Shown piece by piece: positions 56,930 to 64,000 of a stretch of 64,000 nt of DNA. The notes under the pieces were generated by a model that ran no database searches, was not told the DNA's origin, and was given only the letters and a program-made list of their open reading frames with translations. This DNA is from Marispirochaeta sp. (GTDB lineage: Bacteria > Spirochaetota > Spirochaetia > JC444 > Marispirochaetaceae): positions 192,001-256,000 of the forward strand of contig CAXXFF010000004.1 of assembly GCA_963676835.2 (NCBI GenBank). Direction: 5' to 3'. Numbering within the stretch: the stretch's first letter is position 1; the number at the start of each line of letters is the position of its first letter. The position numbers and the translations under genes are program-made.

Positions 56930-58873
56930 GTGTTCATGGTACGCATTTCTTTTCTGATTCCATCCATAGAGATCGCTGAGATTGTTGAGAACACATTCAA
57001 TGAGCACAATGAAATAATGGGTCATACCAGATCAATTGATCAGTACACATTGAAAATTCATATTGCGCCTACAATTAATGATGTCCTCGATGAAATGCTG
57101 GATTCCGATATAATCATTGCCCGAGGGTTATTGGCTGATAAAATTGAAGAACAGCATCCTAATCTGGTAGTAGTCCGAATACCTATTTCAGGCAGCGAAA
57201 TCATTCGAGCCATATTTAGCGGACTAAACAAAAAAGAGGGTGATCATACAAAGATAGGTGTACTGGGTGCTTACAACATACAGTATAGTGCCAGTGGCTT
57301 GGATAAGTTACTCAACATCGAACTTGCTCAATATCAGCAGCACACAAATAAACCGGAAGATATTCAGGCAGATCTTGATATGATGGTTTCTGATAACTGT
57401 AATGTAATTATATGCGGTTATAACACATTTCATTATGCCAAAGAACATGCATTGAATTACAACTGCAACATTGTTGCAATGAGCAAGGAATCATTCTTCC
57501 AAGCAATCACAGAAGCAAAACATGTAGCAAAAATTCGCAGACAAGAATATGAAAGTGCAATACAACATAAAGCTATTCTGGACAGCACAACTGAAGGAAT
57601 ACTGGTTTTGAATAGCAACGAAGAAATAATTTCGCTTAACAAAGTGGCTGGCGATATTCTTGGTATTAACGAAAAAACTAAAGGAAAAAAGCTATCTCAA
57701 GTGTTTCGTTTTTCCAAGTTTGCCCGCATTGCAAAAGGTACAATCGAATGTGAACATGAGATAGTTCAGGTTAATGAAAAATCTGTTGTTTTAACAAAAA
57801 CTAATCTTCACTTAAGGAATGACTTTATCGGAAGCGTTCTCTCCTTTCAGAAAACAGATACAATTCAACGAGAAGAAATTCGTATCCGTAACAAAATGTA
57901 CTTAAAGGGCAATGAAGCATTTTATAAATTTGATGATATCCTGGGTGATTCACCTCAAATCAGGGAAATTATCAAAACTGCAAAACAATATAGTTCTGTG
58001 AATTCAAATATTCTGATAACCGGAGAAACCGGAACCGGCAAAGAAATATTCGCCCAGAGCATTCATAATAATAGCGCAAGAAAATCAGGCGCCTTTGTTG
58101 CAATTAACTGCGCAGCACTTTCTCCAAGTCTGCTTGAAAGCGAATTATTCGGATATACTGACGGTGCATTTACCGGGGCAGTCAAGGGAGGGAAACAGGG
58201 TCTTTTTGAACTGGCACATAGTGGAACCTGCTTTCTAGATGAAATATCCGAATTGCCTCAGGAAATGCAAGGGCGCTTACTCAGGGTTATCCAGGAAAGA
58301 CAGGTAAGAAGACTTGGAGACGATCGTGTTATACCAATTGATATACGTATAATCTGTGCAACCAATAAGCCATTATTTAATGAAGTCAAGAATGGAAAAT
58401 TCAGAAGAGATTTATTTTATCGTTTAAATGTTTTAAAAATAACAATTCCTCCCCTTCGAGAGCGAAGAAACGATATCCCTATTTTTATGGAAAACTTTAT
58501 CAATCAATTCTGTATACAGTTTCATTCAGAAAAGAAGCATCTCTCAACCGCGGCTAAAGAATACATTAAAAATCTTTACTGGGATGGAAATGTGCGAGAA
58601 CTGAAGAATTTTTGCGAATGTTTAACAGTAACAACAGAAAGTACGCAAATCCAGGAACATCATATAGCGGCTTTACTGGACCAGACATACATGAAGGCGC
58701 CCCAAATATCACAGGGTAATGGAAAACACCAGTCTACAAAAACTATTATTGAAAAACAACTTATAGAGGAAGCTCTCTCGGCGTCTGATTCAAGAGCCGC
58801 AGCAGCACATTATCTTGGTATAAGTACCACAACTCTCTGGCGTAAAATGAAAAAACTTAACATAGAGATTTAA
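56930..58873 (+). CDS. PrpR-type sigma54-dependent activator (PrpR_N, PAS, AAA+, Fis HTH)
   Basis: IIARG, GETGTGKE, ESELFGY..GAFTGA, FLDEI, DLFYRL, GNVREL, LGISTTTLWRK. Confidence 0.92.
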   Translation: MFMVRISFLIPSIEIAEIVENTFNEHNEIMGHTRSIDQYTLKIHIAPTINDVLDEMLDSDIIIARGLLADKIEEQHPNLVVVRIPISGSEIIRAIFSGLNKKEGDHTKIGVLGAYNIQYSASGLDKLLNIELAQYQQHTNKPEDIQADLDMMVSDNCNVIICGYNTFHYAKEHALNYNCNIVAMSKESFFQAITEAKHVAKIRRQEYESAIQHKAILDSTTEGILVLNSNEEIISLNKVAGDILGINEKTKGKKLSQVFRFSKFARIAKGTIECEHEIVQVNEKSVVLTKTNLHLRNDFIGSVLSFQKTDTIQREEIRIRNKMYLKGNEAFYKFDDILGDSPQIREIIKTAKQYSSVNSNILITGETGTGKEIFAQSIHNNSARKSGAFVAINCAALSPSLLESELFGYTDGAFTGAVKGGKQGLFELAHSGTCFLDEISELPQEMQGRLLRVIQERQVRRLGDDRVIPIDIRIICATNKPLFNEVKNGKFRRDLFYRLNVLKITIPPLRERRNDIPIFMENFINQFCIQFHSEKKHLSTAAKEYIKNLYWDGNVRELKNFCECLTVTTESTQIQEHHIAALLDQTYMKAPQISQGNGKHQSTKTIIEKQLIEEALSASDSRAAAAHYLGISTTTLWRKMKKLNIEI

Positions 58874-58910
58874 AAATCCTTTCACAGGAAAACCGGCGAA
58901 AGGATTTTTA
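58871..58910. terminator. Bidirectional intrinsic terminator
   Basis: TAAAAATCCTTTC...GAAAGGATTTTTA between convergent genes. Confidence 0.75.
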
Positions 58911-58921
58911 GAAGCTATAAA

Positions 58922-59827
58922 CTATTTAAGAAACCCGCCATCCTTGAGTTGATCTCTCATTTTCTCTAGAACTATCCCTTCAGAAGGAAGATTCGGCTTA
59001 AAGGGCACACCTACATCCATATCTAAAAGATTACAATAATCTTTAGTTCCAACAGGGAAACTGGCTTTATCCATAACCAGTCTGATGGGATTAAGAGCAT
59101 ACTGAGCCTCCCGGGATCCTTCAAAATCACCGGCAACATATTTTTCGTAAATAGAAACCACAAGCTCAGGAATAAAGTTTGCAGTTGTAGCAACAGCCCC
59201 TGCTCCGCCATGACACATTGCACCGAAAATGAGGGTATCCTTGCCGCCGAGTACTTTAAAGCCGACATCGCTGTTACGCCGTATAAATTCTTCGGTCTGA
59301 GTCATATCACCGCTGCTGTCTTTCATACCCACGATATTCGGATAGGTGTGGGCCAGTTTTTCCACCAGATCGCCGCTCATGGTATAGGCGGTACGACCGG
59401 GATTATTGTAGAGCAGCATGGGAGTTTCTGGGATAGCCTCTGCAATTGCAGCAAAGTGACCGTAAAGCTCTTCATCAAAGGGTTTCAGGAACATCGGCTG
59501 CAGCACGGATACCGCATCCGCACCAAGTTCGACACCTTTCTTTGCCAGCTCAATACACTTGCCGGTACGGATGGAACCGATACCGCAGTATACTGGCACC
59601 CGGCCTTTAACCTGATCAATCATAATTGATAATCCCCGTTCGAACTCTTCATCGATCATATAGAACTCGCCATTGCTTCCGTAGGCGAGGATTCCATGCA
59701 CACCGCCTTCTATAACAAAGTCAACCTGCTTCCGCAGTTTCTTCTCATCAATCCTTTCCTGAGAGTCAATGGGTGTAATAATCGGGGGTATGATTCCCCT
59801 TACAAAATCACTTGATAATTTCTGCAT
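58922..59827 (-). CDS. DapA/NAL-family class I aldolase or dehydratase
   Basis: ITP, GSNGEF, LYNNP, Schiff-base KDSSG, GKD; AAGGAG RBS before ATG 59827. Confidence 0.88.
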   Translation of the reverse strand: MQKLSSDFVRGIIPPIITPIDSQERIDEKKLRKQVDFVIEGGVHGILAYGSNGEFYMIDEEFERGLSIMIDQVKGRVPVYCGIGSIRTGKCIELAKKGVELGADAVSVLQPMFLKPFDEELYGHFAAIAEAIPETPMLLYNNPGRTAYTMSGDLVEKLAHTYPNIVGMKDSSGDMTQTEEFIRRNSDVGFKVLGGKDTLIFGAMCHGGAGAVATTANFIPELVVSIYEKYVAGDFEGSREAQYALNPIRLVMDKASFPVGTKDYCNLLDMDVGVPFKPNLPSEGIVLEKMRDQLKDGGFLK

Positions 59828-59860
59828 ATCAATCTCCTTGTAATTCAATCAATTCTCTAC

Positions 59861-59876
59861 AGCATTTTATATGCCA
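59861..59876 (-). promoter_or_regulatory. sigma54 (-24/-12) promoter of the DapA-family gene
   Basis: Minus strand TGGCATATAAAATGCT (GG-N10-GC). Confidence 0.7.
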
Positions 59877-60125
59877 CTTTCGGTTCGATTTGTAATAATT
59901 TCGTAATTTCTTTGAAAATAACAACTTATCACACCACACAATAAGACAGAAACCTACTAGAGTAAAGAAAAATATTTCACATTGCAATACATGAAATAAC
60001 TGTTATTTCATTCATAAATCACTTGATCCCTTACTTCATTTTGTTCTTCATTATCCTGTATCATATTCCTAAAGTCCTAAACCGGGAAATGCCGGATACC
60101 AGTCAATACAGATGCTGGAAACCTT

Positions 60126-61148
60126 CTAAACCTTCCGCGTGGAATCCTGTATGACAAGACTCGATCCGAAAACAATATCTCGCGGGGCAATCTCCCTGCC
60201 CGATTTATCAGCCCGCAATATTATCAATTCATCCAGAAGCTTCATGGCGGCATCGCCTATTTCGTAAGACGGATACATATTCGCAGTTACTTTGGGCTCA
60301 ATGAAATCTTCGTATTCCGACACTTCCGAACCGGCATAGGCTGCCACGGCAATATCTTCCGGAACACGGAACCCTTTTTCGTTTATGGCCTTGATTGCCC
60401 CAAGGGACATCATGTGGTTTAGAGCATAAACCGCCTCAGGTTTTTCACATCTTTCGAGGAGCCGTTTTGTACACTCATAGCCGCTGTTAAAACTCATGTG
60501 CCCTTCTTCCGCTGGAAGTGCTTCCGGTTCAATACCAAACTCCCGGAAAGCGCGGTCTGCCCCCTCCATCCTGTCTGCAGAGTTCATCATATAGTCAAAG
60601 CCTTTGACTACATAAATCTTTCTGTACCCGGTCTCGAGCAGGTACCTTACAACCTGGTAACTCAGGGTGATATCATCCGCCCGGACACAGGATATATTGC
60701 GTTCAGGACTCCTCCGTGAAACAAGAACCAGGGGCATTACGTTTTTTATTGCGGCAAGATGATCCCATTCCCGGGATACAGGGAGGAGAATAATACCGTC
60801 AACTCTGCGCCCTACCAGCAGACTGATATACTCCTTCTCTTTTTCTATATCTTCATTGGTATGACACAGCATAATGTTGTAACCAAGCTCCTGTGCTCGG
60901 GCATCTATACTTTCCATTAATGCTGCAAAGAAGGGAGCCCGGTAATAGGGGACGACCAGTCCGACAATCTTGCTTTGCTTTTTCACCATACTGCGGGCCA
61001 CTGCGTTGGGATGGTAATTCAGCCTGCGAATGGCTTCTTCAACTTTCTTGCGGGTACTTATCTTTACATAGCCGTTTGCATTTATAACCCTGGAGACAGT
61101 TGTTACGGATACATTGGCTGCTTTGGCGATGTCCTTAATTGAAACCAC
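60126..61148 (-). CDS. LacI-family transcriptional regulator
   Basis: IKDIAKAANVSVTTVSRVIN, YHPNAVARSM, VPEDIAV. Confidence 0.92.
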   Translation of the reverse strand: MVSIKDIAKAANVSVTTVSRVINANGYVKISTRKKVEEAIRRLNYHPNAVARSMVKKQSKIVGLVVPYYRAPFFAALMESIDARAQELGYNIMLCHTNEDIEKEKEYISLLVGRRVDGIILLPVSREWDHLAAIKNVMPLVLVSRRSPERNISCVRADDITLSYQVVRYLLETGYRKIYVVKGFDYMMNSADRMEGADRAFREFGIEPEALPAEEGHMSFNSGYECTKRLLERCEKPEAVYALNHMMSLGAIKAINEKGFRVPEDIAVAAYAGSEVSEYEDFIEPKVTANMYPSYEIGDAAMKLLDELIILRADKSGREIAPRDIVFGSSLVIQDSTRKV

Positions 61149-61214
61149 AACAATCTGCTCCTGAACTGATTCGCGGTCCTCTGACCAGTCTCATTTTATC
61201 CCACCGGCTCTAAA

Positions 61215-62525
61215 TCAGAAAAGATTACCCAGGCTGTCAAACGCCAGCTCTTCTTCTTCGCCTACAATTTCAATCTGAGGATTGGCTTTTGCCTCTGGAA
61301 TCAGGGCTTCTGAAATCATTATCTCTCCGATTTCAAGGCTGTTTTTTATCCGGACAACCCGGGGGTTATTATAATCTATCATGTTACAGGTTTTTATCGC
61401 AGCTGCAACGGCAAGCCTGTCATTAGCAAGAATCATGGGAATCTTTATAGGGCGCATCACCGTAGATGTAAGTGCATTGGGATAGGTGGCCTCAAAATCA
61501 TACTTATCAAAAGCTCGTTGTACAGAAAAATCTGCCACCCCAAGGCCCATACCGTTTCCATGGGAAGCATCGGTAATATCAAGAACAACAACCCGCTGCT
61601 TCTCTAAACCGCCTGATGCATAGGGTGTAGAAAAAGTTCCGGTTATGGTAGCATCCATACCGCTCCCGCTGATATTCTTTCCCACCTCATCCACAATAAG
61701 AACATCTACTGAATCAAACATAATTGAAGGCATCCACCTCTTTGATTCCAGAAGCAGCGCAGGCTCTTCCTCACTGATCTTTTCTGCGGGAACAGCATGA
61801 ATACTCCTTGTTTTATCATAGGCGTTTTCTATAAGACCAAGCCCGAAAAGCACTTTTCCCGAGTTCAAGACAGTCTTTCCGATACTCAGGAGATTATCTA
61901 CCATTGCCCCAAACCCATCGGCATGACAGATTTCAGCTCCATACTGTTTCCCCAGGCCGATAACCGCCATTTTGGTAAGCCCGCTCTCAATTACCCCGGA
62001 AAACGCGGTATGCGCCTTTATCCGCCCTATCAGCACAATTCCATCCGCTTCCGAGGCATATTTGTCTATTCGTACCGGTTTACCATTCTCCGCCACGCCT
62101 ATCTGAACCGTTTCCATACTTGAGAGGATGGGACACCCTACAGACTCTTCTGTAATTCCATAGCCGGAGAGCACTTCCAGCTGACCTTCCGCGGTTGCCC
62201 CCCCGTGACTTCCCATGGCGGGAATAACAAAAGGATATGCACCTTTTTCTTTTATTCTGTCAGCGACTGATTTCAGGATTTCTATGATATTGGATATTCC
62301 CCGGCTCCCCGCTGTAAGAGCTATCCTCTGTCCAGGCTTTACAGCATCAAGAGTTCCGGGTCGCTGAAGAGCGGCCTCTACTGCCACCCGGATATCTGCT
62401 ATGGAATACAAGTCAAATCGCTGTTCAATCTTCACAAATTTAGGCAATCTCTGCTTTGATACTATTTCTGCAACCGTCTTATCCGCGAATGCTGTTTTTC
62501 CTGGAGATAATCCCATTTCTTCCAT
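61215..62525 (-). CDS. LarA-superfamily putative nickel-pincer racemase/epimerase 2
   Basis: GSRGI, PAMGSHGGATAEGQ, RIKAH, SGLTKM..H, GKNISGSGMD; start may be slightly downstream. Confidence 0.82.
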   Translation of the reverse strand: MEEMGLSPGKTAFADKTVAEIVSKQRLPKFVKIEQRFDLYSIADIRVAVEAALQRPGTLDAVKPGQRIALTAGSRGISNIIEILKSVADRIKEKGAYPFVIPAMGSHGGATAEGQLEVLSGYGITEESVGCPILSSMETVQIGVAENGKPVRIDKYASEADGIVLIGRIKAHTAFSGVIESGLTKMAVIGLGKQYGAEICHADGFGAMVDNLLSIGKTVLNSGKVLFGLGLIENAYDKTRSIHAVPAEKISEEEPALLLESKRWMPSIMFDSVDVLIVDEVGKNISGSGMDATITGTFSTPYASGGLEKQRVVVLDITDASHGNGMGLGVADFSVQRAFDKYDFEATYPNALTSTVMRPIKIPMILANDRLAVAAAIKTCNMIDYNNPRVVRIKNSLEIGEIMISEALIPEAKANPQIEIVGEEEELAFDSLGNLF

Positions 62526-62598
62526 TATTTAATCCTGTAGTAAACTAATGAGACTGCCTCACAGCAGCCCCATTACTGTTTTGGAAGAGCTATTATTT

Positions 62599-64000
62599 TT
62601 ACGATTGTAGTGCTTCCCGCTCTTTCTTTTCTCTGCGTTTATTTTTTATCACCGTGGAAACTGCAGAATAAAGACCTATCAACAGGAATCCGGCTGCAAT
62701 TGGACGTGTCAGGAAGGGAAGAAAATCTCCTTCAGTATACATGAGTCCGCGACGCAGGTTAGTCTCCGCAATAGGCCCGAGAATAAATCCGAGAATTATC
62801 GGGGGCAGAGGATAATTAAACTTGCTCATTACATAGCCGAGACTGCCGAATATCAGAATGGTTGCTACATCAAATATCCTGTTATTAACTCCATACGACC
62901 CGACGACACAAAGCGCGATTATTGCCGGAAGAAGGTAATGCTTCGGTATTCTCAAAAGCCGAACAAACATCCGCATACCGAAATATTCGGCTATAAGCAT
63001 AAACACGTTACCAACGATAAGTACGGCAAAAATAGAATATACAATATCCCCGTTTGTTTGAAAAAGCAGAGGCCCCGGCGCTATGCCGTGGATCATCAAC
63101 CCGCCGAGCAACATCGCAGTAACCGTATCTCCGGGAATACCCAGGGTCAGGAGCGGAACCAGGGCTCCACCAATAGTTGCATTGTTTGAAGATTCTGATG
63201 CAACAAGCCCATCAATACAACCGGTACCGAATTTCTCCGGATGTTTGGAACTGTTTCGAGCCGCAAGGTAAGCGATGATATTGGAAATACCACTGCCCAC
63301 ACCGGGTAGAATTCCAATACCGGTTCCTATAACACTGGACCGGACCATGTTAACAAACTGCTCTTTGAACTCTTTCAGAGACACTCCGAAGCCTTTGATA
63401 CTGAAATTGGCTACTTTCACATCCTTCATACTGACATCGGCTTCCGCAGTCTTCATAATTTCTGAGACAGCAAACAGTCCGATAAGAGCCGGAAGAAGGT
63501 TAAACCCCGCTTCAAGAGAATAAATACCATAAGTAAAACGGGGAAAAGCGTCGATTGGAGCATTGCCGACGCATGCAAGTAAAACTCCGACAAGTCCAGC
63601 AACCAGCCCCTTGCTCAGAGACTTTCCAGACAGGCTGGCAATCATGGTCAAAGAGAATAGTGCAATGGCAAAATATTCCATGGGACTGAATTTCAGAGCT
63701 ATTTTCGCCAATGGGGGAGCAATGAAAAACAAAGCAATAAACCCGATCATTCCGCCGAGAAACGAAAAGAACACTCCGATTCCCAACGCCCTGCCAGCTT
63801 CACCCCGTTCTGCCATGGGACTGCCGTCAAAGGTGGTTGCAATAGATGATGGTGTTCCCGGAATTTTAATCAGCACCGCCGCGATTAAACCTCCGGAGAT
63901 ACCACCAATGTACAAAGCAAGAAGTACAGCCATTCCCTGAACCGGACCAAGTCCGTAGGTTATGGGGAGAACCAGTGCTACAGCCATTGTAGCAGTAAGC
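62599..64000 (-). CDS. tctA: TTT large permease (TTT4), N-terminus beyond window edge
   Basis: KIPGTPSS..FDG, SESSNNA, LGIPGD; frame open to the window end. Confidence 0.92.
   Translation of the reverse strand, partial: LTATMAVALVLPITYGLGPVQGMAVLLALYIGGISGGLIAAVLIKIPGTPSSIATTFDGSPMAERGEAGRALGIGVFFSFLGGMIGFIALFFIAPPLAKIALKFSPMEYFAIALFSLTMIASLSGKSLSKGLVAGLVGVLLACVGNAPIDAFPRFTYGIYSLEAGFNLLPALIGLFAVSEIMKTAEADVSMKDVKVANFSIKGFGVSLKEFKEQFVNMVRSSVIGTGIGILPGVGSGISNIIAYLAARNSSKHPEKFGTGCIDGLVASESSNNATIGGALVPLLTLGIPGDTVTAMLLGGLMIHGIAPGPLLFQTNGDIVYSIFAVLIVGNVFMLIAEYFGMRMFVRLLRIPKHYLLPAIIALCVVGSYGVNNRIFDVATILIFGSLGYVMSKFNYPLPPIILGFILGPIAETNLRRGLMYTEGDFLPFLTRPIAAGFLLIGLYSAVSTVIKNKRREKKEREALQS

Noticed and set aside
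38222..64000. Four tctA copies as an assembly duplication
   Set aside because: The copies differ extensively at DNA and protein level and have different neighbours
1..64000. tRNA, rRNA, IS elements, integrases, prophage genes
   Set aside because: None recognisable; intergenic gaps are short and mostly explained by promoters and terminators. A covariance-model search was not possible, so small ncRNAs cannot be excluded

Overview
Gene-dense bacterial chromosomal segment, most likely from a free-living spirochaete (Spirochaetaceae). This is inferred from the F-A-[EGN]-G-[SQ]-x-E type N-termini of the solute-binding proteins and the gene complement. I found no rRNA, tRNA, CRISPR array, integrase or transposase. 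1-18 kb is housekeeping and signalling: a LEA2/WHy lipoprotein, a degenerate M50B protein, two GAF-HD-GYP proteins around a hybrid histidine kinase, ttcA/hslO, three nucleotidases/phosphatases, a peroxiredoxin with a Fur-family box, and a degenerate M20 protein coupled to gpgS. 18-22 kb holds a tandem duplicated small-protein + Na+/solute symporter cassette whose two promoters carry different operators. 22-36 kb holds two TRAP systems, SMUG1, an AT-rich Fic islet flanked by a 24-bp direct repeat, and a LacI-controlled allD-like/ltnD-like/TRAP/yhcH operon. From 36.7 kb to the window end lies the most notable feature, a modular catabolic island. It has four tripartite tricarboxylate transporter (tctCBA) cassettes (the fourth seen only as a partial tctA), two cytoplasmic Cys-type sulfatases, an anaerobic sulfatase maturase, a TauE exporter, two LarA-superfamily enzymes, a 2-hydroxyacid dehydrogenase, a DapA-family aldolase, and ROK, LacI and sigma54 regulators. 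I infer a candidate pathway for import, intracellular desulfation and epimerisation of sulfated sugar acids or hydroxy-acids. All functional calls come from motif recognition by eye, with no database search. Several starts were moved downstream of the ORF-track start to a codon with an RBS.
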